Shown here: piece by piece, positions 51,978-64,000 of the stretch
How positions within the stretch are numbered: position 1 is the first letter of the stretch
Layout: each line of letters starts with the position of its first letter
Assembly (NCBI GenBank): GCA_963514005.1
Contig: OY740808.1
Location: forward strand, 11,842,001-11,906,000
Source: Raja brachyura
Lineage: Eukaryota
Reading direction: 5' to 3'
DNA: 64,000 bases
Program-made: the position numbers and the translations under genes
The notes under the pieces: generated by a model
The model's input: the letters and a program-made list of their open reading frames with translations, nothing else
What the model was told of the DNA's origin: nothing
The model's database searches: none

Positions 51978-54900
51978 ATGGCTGAATGGGTTTGGGTTCT
52001 CGCCTTGGTGACCTGTTTCCACTGTGAGTAGAGCGCAGAATGATTAATGCTGTATCGTTTTACATTCTGCTGTGTTTTTTCTAATGGTTTTGTACATTGA
52101 TCTGTTTTTTCTATCAGCTATAAACGCGGAGACTACCTTGACTCAGGACCCGTCTATATCAACATCGCCCGGAACAACCGTCAAAATCACCTGTACCCTG
52201 TCAGGGGGCAGCATCGGTAGCTTGTACGCGAGCTGGTACTGGCAGAAGCCGGACAGCGCTCCTGTCTTCGTGTGGCATCAAAGCTACGGCATAGGCACCG
52301 GAATTCCAGACCGATTCACGGGTTCCGTGGACTCATCCACGAACCAAATGCATTTAACCATCACCAACGTGCAATCGGAGGACGCTGCCGATTATTACTG
52401 TGGTGTGTGGGACAACACTAATTACGAATTCACCTTTGGGAGAGGAACCAAACTGAATCTAAGCAGTAAGTAAAGTATTCACGTTTTGAAACTTCGAATC
52501 GTTGAACTTAAGTTTTGCTTTCCAACATAAATACTCGGTAGAAAGATCCTATAAACCTACGTAGACACAGCGGGGCAGCCAGCATCTCCGGTAGACGTAG
52601 GGATGGGCACTATTTCGTGTCGGGAGACTTTCCCGAACGGAAATATGGTCTTTCTATGTCATCCAGAGATGCTGTCTGATCCGCTGGATTACTTCAGCAC
52701 TCCGTGCTGTACTCAAGATGGCAACTTGTTTCTCCTACGTGAACTTGGTGTTTATGATCCTTTACCTCCATCCCTACAACACTCCGACAAAATCAGCGCT
52801 CACCTAACCGTGGCTTCTTGATCATCGTGGAATTTAACGCCTTCACATACTGACTGCTGTGCATCAAAGTTGTTTAATTCTGGAATGATCTCCTGAAGCT
52901 CTATTTTCCCCATTGTCCCTGATGTTCATGAAAACTGCTCGTTCGAGACTGCCGCTATTGATCACTTTGCTTCACTATAAGGGTAATGCATACGAAAACT
53001 CTTGTCGTTACTTGAAAAAATGTTCGGGAAATTATGAGATTTTATTAGCTTACGGTATATTGTGGACACTGAGAATACCAACTATGAGAATGGGCCAAAT
53101 AGGATAATTGGAAGCATCCAAAGGAAAGTTAATAAACATTTGGCAAGGGATGTTGGTGAATTTAAATGGGATATTTTTGAAATTGCAAAATCCCCATCAG
53201 GGCAAATTGCGCGAAGTTGATTTCTGATCGTTTTAATGATACCATCAGGGTGAAGTGGCGTTTCGACAGGTTTACATGCGCTCCCTACAACAGCGCTAAT
53301 ACGAATTGTCAGGGAAAAGTTTAAAAAACAAATATTTAAACGCTTCGCACGGCACCATTTAAATTCTCTCTGTGCGAAAGTGTGGAGGATTGTTGCAAGT
53401 CTGATTCAGCTCCGAAATTAGAAACAAGAGCAGAACCGTATTCGGGTTCATTTCTCGTTCAGCAAGCCTTTGCCACCTTAGCTGATCACATTTGTGTGGA
53501 TATGCCGTCAGACTCTTTGTACCCACCTTGTAGAACCTGCAAGGGATTTTGATGCAGGTTCTCCGTTTGTCATCGAGTGTAGGATGTGGTAGAAAACGCA
53601 GACTGTTCACTATGCTGTTAAACATGATCCCTCTGATTGTTGATTTTCTTACGGGCAGGCAGTTGGTAGACCGACATGTCAAAAGAACGAGACATAATTT
53701 TGGGATTTTTGGACAAATTAGTGCAGAATGGGCACACATGTATACGAGGTTATTGCTGAATTGCTCAGATACGAAAGATTGGGAGGAAATAGTACAGCGT
53801 CTTTAAATTCGGCAGTTAGTTTGAAATGTTTTTTAAAGTTCGAATATGTTGGATGTTAAACCCAGAGCTGTCTGGATATGTGTCAGAAGGAATTTGAATC
53901 AGACCAAAACATTTCTTTCGTTTTACCTTTCATTTTTCTGACCGCCACCAACCTTGAATCATGGACTTTCTGGCCGATGTGGAAGATTCACTAATAAGTA
54001 ACATTCTAAAGACTATTCCTGGAAAGAATTTGGATTACTATTTAAACAAGCATTAATTTGGAAATGCTGCTCATTCTGCCAGGATGAGTTGTAAATCCAT
54101 TTTTTTCCGCCCGTTCCCATGATCTGAAGAAAATCGTAGGGTACATGTTTTACCAAACGTCGGATAATCGCACTAAAAATAACTTATCATGATTCTGCTG
54201 TATAAAATGAGGTTTATAAATCAACGGTAATTGTAAAGCCAGTGCAGTACACGGCCATTGAGCCACGGAATCTTTCAGACCGAGTTTCACATTTGCGCAT
54301 ACCAGGCCCATATCTCTTTGAACCTGTTTCATCCAATTATTAATTCAAATGTTTATTTAAATTGTGTTATTGTACCTGCCTCATCAACTTCTCTGGTGAA
54401 CAAATTCCATGGAGTTCACGCATTTTGTGTTGCCCTGAACCTAAGCCCTCTAATTCTTCATTCTCCTACGATGGGGGGAATACTCCGTGCGCTAACCCCA
54501 TGTATTCCCCTCGCGATATTGTACACCGCCATGTGATCACCCGAAGGTCTTCTACACTCCAAGGACTAACGTCCTAGCATATCCAATCGATGCCTATAGT
54601 TCAGGCGTTCGAAACCTGGCACCGTCGACATAAATCTTGCCTGGAGTCATTCCAGCTGAATCAATTCCGACTTAACGTAAACTGATAAATAATCTATTTG
54701 TATTTATTTTAATTCTTATTTACAGGTCCGAGCCCCCCCATCGTTTCCATTCTGGCGCCATCAATGGGTGAAATCACCGCAAAAAGTACCGCAACCCTGG
54801 TGTGTTTGGTGAGCGGGTTCAATCCGGGCGTTGTGGACATTGAATGGACCGTGGACGGCAGTGCGAGAAGTGATGGCGCTGCGACCAGCCGGGTCCAGCA

Positions 54901-55048
54901 GGAGAAGGACTACTCGTTCAGTGCGAGCAGTTACCTGACTCTGCCAGCCTCCGACTGGGACTCACACGACCTTTACTCCTGTGTGGTTAAACACGAAACC
55001 CAGACAACCCCGATTAAGGCCAATATCGCCAGATCCAGTTGCCTGTAA
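51978..55048 (+). CDS. IgL: Immunoglobulin light chain, lambda-type (type II), germline-joined VJ, cluster 2; 238 aa
   Basis: join(51978-52023, 52118-52465, 54726-55048). Intact frame and splice sites; CDR3 GVWDNTNYEFTF; C ends SSCL. Confidence 0.95.
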
Positions 55049-55227
55049 TTCAAAGGATCAAATTCCAGATTTGCTACATTTCTTTGTAAATTAATTAAAT
55101 ATTCAAATATCGAATGTTCGCTTTAACAGGGTGTTTGTTCAAACGCAGCACATGTGCATTTTGTTGCCTTGGATGCGCTGTCCGTATTTTACGGTGAACT
55201 GAAAAACAATAATGTAACATTTAATGC

Positions 55228-55233
55228 AATAAA
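55228..55233 (+). terminator. PolyA signal, IgL cluster 2
   Basis: AATAAA 180 nt after the stop. Confidence 0.7.
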
Positions 55234-56732
55234 ACCGATTATTCTATTTACGATACATCGTTGTAATTTTCTGTGCAAATGTCCTTGCCTTCAATAGAAT
55301 AAAAGCAATAATGTCCCGAGTTTAAACTGGCATTTTGTGGAACTTCGTTATATTTCAAATAAACTGCGTTTTCATGATTGATAATGATCCATGTGTTCGG
55401 ACAGCTGAAGGGGTGGCTTGCAAGTATCCCCAAATTGAAGAAATTAGGTGCAAATCCGTTTCTTCTATTTTGAATATCCCAGAAATACGGAAGTGCAGTC
55501 GTGGCATTACGCTAATATGCTTAAAGTACCCAAATGTCTCCAATCTTACCGCACAAAATATCGCAAGATATCAGTTTATTCCATTAAAAACGCGATGAAA
55601 AGTGTGGTTTGACGAATTAGTTAACCGCGGCATTAACGTGGTCTTAAATCAGCTCAACATTAATCACCAAAAGTGCTCATATATTTAAACAGTATAACAA
55701 GAGGAATAAATAAGGCTCGTAGGGGTGAGCGCTAGGCTCATCTTGAAGGGGGGCTTCGCACCAACAATTAACCGAAGTAAAAGTAGTTACTTCGCGATTC
55801 GCAGAAATGGGATAAACAGCTTTCGAGATATGGCAACTGCTTGGATGTTCTTCTCTGGGAATTAAAAAAAATGTGTAACAGGGGAATAAATTGTGAAAAG
55901 TGATGTACTGTGGCTAGGGAAAATCTGCTACCGATGCAGACTCTTATCTGGAGAGACCCTCCAGTACGATGTCAATTTCCAGTAGTAAAATAACAGGTTG
56001 GGGACGTGTGCTGTCTATTTTCACTCCATCGCTTCCTCCACGGTTATCATTCACTGTTTTTCCCCCTTATTTTGTGGCTGACTTCGCTTCTTGTTCCCTT
56101 TTCACCCCCAGCCTTTGCCAATTAACCCCCCACCCCCATCTGCCAATCAACCCCTCTCACATGTATCCACCTATCACTTGGCAGGCTGTATCACACCTCA
56201 TATCTATTTTCCAGCTTTCTCCCCTCTGTTCCAATGAGTCTGCAGAAGGTTCTCGACCTGAAATGACGCCTCGCCATTCTAATCAGATGTTGCCTGACCC
56301 GGCGAGTCATGTAGAGTCCAATAGCGAAGTCTTGTTTTGCTGGATTTGTCGGTATTATGACCACCTCTCTGATAGAATTTACCTCTTCAATCCACTTCTT
56401 GTCAGACATAACATAATCTCGGAGGCCCTATTAATTAAATGGAGAGCCGAGAGTAGAAAGAAAAGTAACGGTTTATCCTTAAATATATACTATTTTCATT
56501 TTCTTGAATCGGATTTTCCAACGATATAATTACTTTACAAAATTTTAGAGAAACAAATCTCGTATTTTATAGTTATACAACCCCTTGTAAAATTGAAGTA
56601 ATTAGGTAGGTAAAGCCTCAAAGTTAGTGACAGCAGGAGAAACTCCGTCCTCAGCATTCCCCTCTCTTGTTCCACGGCGAAGGCTTGATTGCTGGCTTGC
56701 ATGAGACGTTGGTGAGACCGCATTTTGAATAT

Positions 56733-57406
56733 AGATACATAGAAACATAGAAATTAGGTGCAGGATTAGGCCATTCGGCCCTTCGAGCCTGCACCGCCAT
56801 TCAATATGATCATGGCTGATCATCCAACTCAGTATCCCGTACCTGCCTTCTCTCCATACCCTCTGATCCCCTTAGCCACAAGGGCCACATCTATCTCCCT
56901 CTTAAATATAGCCAATGAACTAGCCACAACTACCCTCTGTGGCAGAGAGTTCCAGAGACCCACCACTCTCTGTGTGAAAAAAGTCCTTCTCATCTCGGTC
57001 CTAAAGGATTTCCCCCTTATCCTTAAGCTGTGACCCCTTTTCCTGGACCTCCCCAACATCGGGAGCAATCTTCCTGCATCTAGCCTGTCCAACCCCTTAA
57101 GAATTTTGTAAGTTTCTATAAGATCGCTTCTCAATCTCCTAAATTCTAGAGAGTATAAACCGAGTCTATGCAGTCTTTGTTCATAAGACAGTCCTAACAT
57201 CCCAGGAATCAGTCTGGTGAACCTTCTCTGCACTCTCTCTATGGCAAGAATGTCCTTCCTTAGATTTGGAGACCAGCACTGTACGCAATACTCCAGGTGT
57301 GGTCTCACCAAGACCCTATACAACTGAAGTAGAACCTCCCTGTTCCTATACTCAAATCCTTTTGCTATGAAAGCTAACATACCATTCGCTTTCTTCACTG
57401 CCTGCA
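56733..57406 (-). mobile_element. Young CR1 3' fragment, unit-2-specific
   Basis: ORF 56829-57407 and a (CATAGAAA)n tail. Empty site at about 38820. Confidence 0.9.
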
Positions 57407-57877
57407 ATATTGTGTTCAGTTCTGGGCACCATGTTATAGGAAAGATGTAAAACTGAAAAGCGTACAGAGATCCCCATCCTGAATCAGTTCAATCAGGGTT
57501 GTGTCGTCTGCAAAGTTGAGAAGCTTGACAGAGGTGTCTGTGGATGTGCAGTCATTAGTGTGGCGAGAGTAGAGAAGAGGGGAGTGTACGCATCTTGTGG
57601 TGCTCCTATGCTGAACGTTTGCGGGTTTGAGATATGCTTTCCCGCCTCACATGCTGCTTCCTGTCTGTCAGAAAGCTGGTGATCCACCGACAGACAGGTT
57701 CAGGCACAGTCAACTCAGAAAGTTTGGAGCGTTGTAGCTCTGGCACAATGGTGTTGAATGCAGAGCTAAAATCAACAAAGAAAATCCTCCTATAGGTCCC
57801 CTGGCAGGCTAGGTGCTGGAGGATGAAGGGCAGGCCCAGATTGACTGCATCATCCACAGATCTATTGGCTCAATATG

Positions 57878-58312
57878 CATAGAAACATAGAAACATAGAA
57901 AAACAGGTACAGGAGTAGGCCATTCGGCCCTTCGAGCCTGCACCGCCATTCAATATGATCATGGCTGATCATCCAACTCAGTATCCCGTACCTGCGTTCT
58001 CTCCATACCCCCTGATCCCTTTAGCCACAAGTGCCACATCTAACGCCCTCTTAAATATAGCCAATGAACTGGCCTCAACTACCTTCTGTGGCAGAGAATT
58101 CCAGAGACTCACCACTCTCTGTGTAAAGAATGTTTTCCTCATCTCGGTCCTAAAGGAATTCTCCCTTATCCTTAGACTGTGACCCCTTGTTCTGGACTCA
58201 CCCAACATCGGGAACAATCTTCCAGCATCGAGCTTGTCCAACCCCTTAAGAATTTTGTAAGTTTCTATAAGATCTCCCCTCAATCTTCTAAATTCCAGCT
58301 AGTACAAGCCAA
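57878..58312 (-). mobile_element. Young CR1 3' fragment, unit-2-specific
   Basis: ORF 57978-58283 and a (CATAGAAA)n tail. Empty site at about 39283. Confidence 0.9.
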
Positions 58313-60045
58313 TGGATGCAAAATGCTGAGGGTCCAGTAGAGGGATTGTGATATTTTTCAGCTTGGCCATCACAAACCTTTCAACGGTCTTCATGACTAC
58401 AGAGGTCAGTGCGACAAGCCTGTAGTCATTAAGACCAGTAATCCTTACTTTTGTGTACAGGGACAATAGTGGAGACTTTGAAGCAGGCAGGGAATATACA
58501 TGTTTGCAGGGACGGGTTAAAAATGAGTAATTGGGTGTGAAGTGGTGATTGGAGTGGGGTGGGTGTAGAAGGGCCCAGGCTTTGCAAACTAAGGTCAGGC
58601 TGTGAGTGGGTGTGCGGTGTTGGTTGGGGTGGGAAAGGGTCCACTCTTTTCATACTGGAGCCTTGCCTTAAGTAGGTGTGAAGTGGTGAATGGGAAGGAG
58701 AGGGTGCAGGGTCCATTCTTTGCAGACTGGGGTCTGGCTGTCTTTGTTGTGGAGGGGGTACCAGGGTGACGTTTCTGATTTTCAAAACTGCAGTAAAACT
58801 CATTCAGGTTGTTCATCAGCTGACGATTGTCCAAAGAGTGGGGTGGTGCTTTCCTCCTCAAGCTGGTGATTTATTGCATGACCTTCCAAACTGAAGAGGA
58901 GTCACTACCTGAGAACTTGCTCAGTACCTTTCCTTGGCAGCTCTGATTCCTCTTCTCAGCTCTTTATTAATTTTGCTATCTTTTAACTCTTTAATGATTA
59001 GGCTATCGGCTTGGTGGATATTTGCCCCCACCCCCCGATCTCGAAATGGAAATGTTACATCTATATATAATGATGCCATTAAAATGTATATTTATGTCAC
59101 AAACTATGGAATTTATATTTTTCAGTATTGTTATCAAGGAAAAGAAAGCAGTTCCAAATGTTTGGTATTATTTGATATTGTTTAAAATTATTCATATGGA
59201 GGAGGAAATATAATAGCTCTAAAACCTACCTTAATTTTGCAATCTCACTGGCCATCTCTCTCCCCTCCCTTCCCCTCTCTCTCTCCCCCTCCCACATCTC
59301 CCCCTCTTTCTTTTATTTTATTATTATTATTTAAAAAAAAATCTTTATTAGAACCAAGTGTACAAAAATATAACCAACGGCATATGACACAATACAGTTA
59401 TTGTACAGCTTCAATTTTGACTTTTAGCTATAGTTTGAAAAACAGAAAGGAGAAAATGCAAGCGAGAGAAAAAGTGGAATGTGCAAGGATAGAACACTTA
59501 GATTACTAAAATGGTGCAGCCAAGGAGTGAGTAATAAAATAAATAAGAAAGGACTAGAGAAATAAAAATACCAAAAAAAGAAAGAAAAATATGATGATAT
59601 ACCTGCCTCACATCCCTCCCCACCCATCACGCATCACCCAATCCGTAATTAGATTTAACAGCAAAATTGTGTTGTATCATACTATCCTTGTAATAAATCA
59701 ATGAATTGTGTCCATGTCTTCTAAAAATGACTAGTTTTTTCTGCTAAGACAAGTCTAATATTTTCAAGATGCAGTGTCTTAGACATGTTTGTAATCCACA
59801 TTTTAAGAGTAGGGACAGATGTATGTTTGCAAAATTTGAGTGTTAGTTTTTTTGCCATTATCAGGCCATAATTAAGGAAACGTCTTTGAAATAACGATAG
59901 CTCAGAGCAGGCTTGGGGAGCGGGGAGCGATGAAGGTGCCATGGGCCTAGCGGGGGCTCATCGGCGGTCAGTGGGGTTGGCGTGGGCCAGCGGGGATCAC
60001 GTGGGTCCAGCGGGGGTCACGTGGGCACAGCGGGGGTGGCGTGGA

Positions 60046-60130
60046 CCCAGTGGGGGTGGCGAGGGCCCAGTGGGGGTGGCGAGGGCCCAGTGGGGGTGGC
60101 GAGGGCCCAGTGGGGTGGCGGAGACCCAGC
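60046..60130 (+). repeat. GC-rich 20-bp minisatellite (cccagtgggggtggcgaggg)n
   Basis: About four copies; fewer in the paralog near 41005-41040. Confidence 0.75.
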
Positions 60131-61850
60131 GGGTGTCAGCGGGGGTGGCCTGGGCGGAAGGTGGCTTGGGCCCCGGTGGCAGGAGGAGGCAAGGGGAGCG
60201 GACCCCGCTGCAGTGGCGTCTGGGGTTGGTGTTACAGACGCTGGGTTCAGATTCAGCCACTCCCACCCAGCGACGTGAGAACGGTCTCCTGGTCGCCAGG
60301 CTGGCTTTGGCGAGGCTCCGACTCGGACGCCGATGCCTGCAACGCAATATTCCACTACTTACCTGGAGTAGACACGAGGCATCGAGCTCAATGTGTGGAG
60401 TACCAATGGCAGTCTGATCCCACCCGGGCCCACTGCACACGCACCAAATGACGGCGTCATTTTGTGTCGCTTCCCCAACTGCAGAGGCGTGGATGGTCGC
60501 ATTGTTTTATCTTCTCCCAAATCATCCTGTGGTCGGAACCAGAATTTATCGAACCGCTGATTGCGCTCCGATTTTTTTCTGGGATTTTTTCTTACTCTGG
60601 AGGGAAATAGGGGGTGCGGTCGCACCCAACACACCCCCCCCCCCCCCGCCCCCACCCCCTTCGGAGGGCCATGCAATTACCTTCTGTAACTTGTCCCTAT
60701 TGGATAGATATACTGTATGGGCTGATTGATGGTCGTTGTTGACTCGAATAGCCGAAGGGCCTGTTTCCACGCTGTATTGAAGTAAACTAAACACTTCAGT
60801 CCACGAATTTACTGGATTTGAATGCTCGTCCGTTTCTTCACTTCCTAGTTCAGTTGCAAAACCCGGGGTCGATTCCGGCTACACGAGCTTCTCTGTACGG
60901 TGTTTGTACGTTCTCCCCGTGACCTGCGTGGGGTTTCTCCGAGAACTTCGGTTTCCTACCACACTCCAAAGTCGTAGGATAGTGTTAATGTGCGGGGATC
61001 GCTCGTCGATGCGGACTCGGGGCCGACGGGCCTGATTCCGCGCGGTATCTCTAAGCTACCTAATGCCTTTGACGCAGTCGCTCCACAGTTCAACCTCATC
61101 ATACACTTCTCCCAACCCATCCAATGCCAGAGCTTGTACTAGACTTTGTTGAACATGACAAAGTCTCTGACAGATCAGAGCTGTAATTCCACAAACATTT
61201 GGATGAAAATAGAAAACACTTTTATTTATTCCCCATCTGAACCGTAATTCCACCATTAAACATGGATATCGCCTAAACGACGCAGGTCAGTGGACTGATC
61301 GATCGTGTTCCACTCGAGTTCCCCGGGCCTCATCTTTCACCCCACCAGCCTCTGCATCCAACACATAATTCTCTGACGTTTTCCTCTGATCCCACCACTA
61401 AGCACATCTTCCAATCTCCAACCCTTTCCGCCTTCCGCAGAGACCATTCCTCCGCAACTCCTTGGTTCACTCATCTCTTTTCACTGAAGCCACTCCCACT
61501 CCTGCCAACTTACCCTGCAACCGCGGGAGATTTAACATCTGCCCTTATTCCTCCACCCTCAGCTCCACCCAGGGACATCGGCAGTGAGATTCATGTGCAC
61601 CTTCTCTAACCTTATCTCCTCGATCTGGTGTTCCGGAGGTGGGTTACTGAACATCGGCTAGACCAAGCGTAGATTCGGCGACCGTTTAACCGAACGTGCG
61701 AAGGCCTACTAGATGAACCGGTGGCGAGCCCCTTTAACCCACCCTCCCCCCACCTTCCCATTACACTGGCCCTTCCGGCCTGGGTCTCCTCAACTGTCAG
61801 AGCGAGTTTACACACACATTGGAGGAATAGCAACACATTTCCACCGGGAG

Positions 61851-64000
61851 CTGATTGGTCACCCATCCTCACAGATTGTGGTCCGTTGGTCACGAAGTGC
61901 TGATTCCGTTCCAATAGTTTGGAGATGAGCTTGCTTAAGATAATGGTATTGAAAGCAGGGCTCTAGTCTATGAATAGGAGTCTGATGTAGGTGCTCATCT
62001 CATCGAGATGTTCCAGGGACAAGTGTAGGGCCAGAGAGATGGCATCAGCAGTGGACCTGTTGTGGTAGTAGGTGAACTGCTGTAGATGAAGGCTGCTTGG
62101 TAGGCTGAATCTGACTGCTCTTGAAGCAATTCGTAATGGTGGATGTCAAGACATCTGGACGATAGTAATTGAGGCATGAGATCTCCATTTTCTTTGGCAT
62201 CGATGATCTACATTGATATCCTACACCCAGTTGCACGGTCGATATCCATGCTTTGTCCCCATTTTCCATTCCCCCGCGAGGCTTCGTTTGCTTTTGATGG
62301 GCGACGGGTAGTTTGGAAATACTGGTCAGCGTTTCGTGTGTCACCAACCTCAACCTCCATACGAGCTTGGATATTTGGCCCAGCAAGCTCCTGCCTGCAC
62401 ATCTCCGCGGCGCCACGTGGTTTATTTACACTTAGAAATGACAAGGAACAATAATCTTGCTCATAATCCTTCCCCACGAACCCGTATTCGCCAACGACAT
62501 CTCTTCCCTACTCTAGAACCATTGGTGCTGGCCAGTGGCAGATCCGTCGATGGTTCTTTCCTGGGATCCTGAAACTTATGCCGTTGTTCAATGGCTTTAA
62601 TGTTCACATTAATGATAGGCTCTTCTGCGTTCCGGTTGTATTTGGTGAGATTATGTTGGTTCTGGTATGGTGGAATTACAATGCAGTTTGTGGAAGTAGG
62701 TTGGTCAGACCAGGCATGAAGGACAATTTACATGTTAAAATTGTTCCACTTCCAATGTTGTCAGATGGTGTAACCTGAACCCAATTAATTCCAATGGTGT
62801 AACCTGAATCCAACAATCCACATTTTTAAATGTCCTTTACAATAAATAAATTTGAAATATATGTATAAAACTGCAATAGTTTCAGAAGGAAATTTCACTT
62901 CCCAATAGAAAAAAGAGCTGTGGTCTAAAATGTGGTCACAGAGATGCTTTTGAGGTCAGCTACAAGGAGGAGTACAAAGTAGTGAGATGAAGATATGTTG
63001 GGGTGAAATTTCAGAGATTTGGGATTTGCCAGGTGAAGACTGATGCCAATAATAAAAATAGTTAAAGCCAGGGATGCTTTTAGGTCCATAATTTGAGCCC
63101 TTCTGCTCTTTCCAGTTGATATATTATTTGTGTCTGATGAGCTATTTATTTCAGATTTTCCTCCTATTGAGGTCGTTAGTCTGGTGAAATGAATAATGGG
63201 GTTTCAATGAAATTAGGCAAGAATCAAATTATATAACTACATCTTTTAAAGGTGCTTCGACTGCGAGCTACTGTGATATATATTCAATTGCATTACTGTA
63301 TTTCAGTAAATTTCACCAGTTGTTATATCCATCATACATAACAACCTGGGAGCTCTCGTGAAAATTCCCATTTGTTCTGCAATTTGGTTGTCTTCCGGAA
63401 GAAAACCCAGAGGGAAATATCTCTCATTCCCGGTTAGACTTAATCTCACAGAAGAAATGATAGTACAAGTCTTACATAATATTACGTAAATAAATGATTG
63501 GAAAGTTTATGAAATTGCATTCATTTGAATGCAGATCATTCGGAAATAGCAATATAATTGGGAACAATTCCTATGCTTATATGATCACAAGTGGATGGAT
63601 CGCAGTTCACAACCGCTGGTTCTTGATTCTGCTGCTCTGGGTAAAAGAGTAGAGGACGTAGCTTTAAGGTAGCTTTATGATTTAATAGGAACCCGAAGGG
63701 CAACATTTTCGCACAGAGGTTGGTGAGTATATGGAACGAGATTGCCACAATCCAAAATAGTGACATCATCTGCAGCACCTTTGGAATATTTACATTTCTT
63801 GTCATTTATGGGGAGGCAAATGCAAACAGTAGATGGCAGCATTGCATCGGTTATGAAATAATGTTAATTTATTGCTGAGATAGGACAAATGGTGAATTAT
63901 CACTGTAGCAATATTACGATAATGTGCATGCCCATAAACCCATCTAATGCCTACTCATTTGGCGATTGTGGGTGTGGATGCGAATATACTAAGTGAGGAG
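61851..64000 (+). repeat. Start of IgL tandem duplication unit 3 (truncated by window)
   Basis: Closely matches 42575-44730, and less closely 20435-24630. Confidence 0.85.
62200..62740 (-). pseudogene. Decayed coding-like exon (copy 3)
   Basis: Paralog of 20860-21455; ORF 62208-62477. Confidence 0.4.

Larger units (their letters stand above)
42571..61850 (+). repeat. IgL tandem duplication unit 2 (about 19.3 kb)
   Basis: Collinear with unit 1, differing by unit-specific insertions and deletions. Confidence 0.85.

Overview
Vertebrate genomic DNA from a cartilaginous fish, probably a skate or ray (inferred from the Ig cluster organisation and repeat families). From about 20.4 kb to the end is a tandem array of 19-22 kb units. 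Two complete units each carry an intact, germline-joined lambda-type (type II) Ig light-chain cluster (octamer promoter, L, VJ, C; 34426-37592 and 51978-55048), and a third unit starts near 61.85 kb. Just outside the left edge of the array, on the minus strand, I reconstructed by hand a 5-exon, 266-aa single-IgV receptor gene (18300-13416). The ORF track shows only its first exon. It has a leader and VJ-type V domain in one exon, a CD28-like LNPPS loop, a stalk Cys, an uncharged TM, and a tail with one YTNM motif and three ITIMs. This is the strongest candidate for an undescribed system. The rest is mostly retroelements (CR1, Rex1/Babar-like, L1/Tx1-like, Penelope-like with hammerhead-like cores), non-autonomous TIR elements, and decayed coding-like blocks co-duplicated with the IgL genes. 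All gene models come from splice signals and reading phase. No database searches were run.
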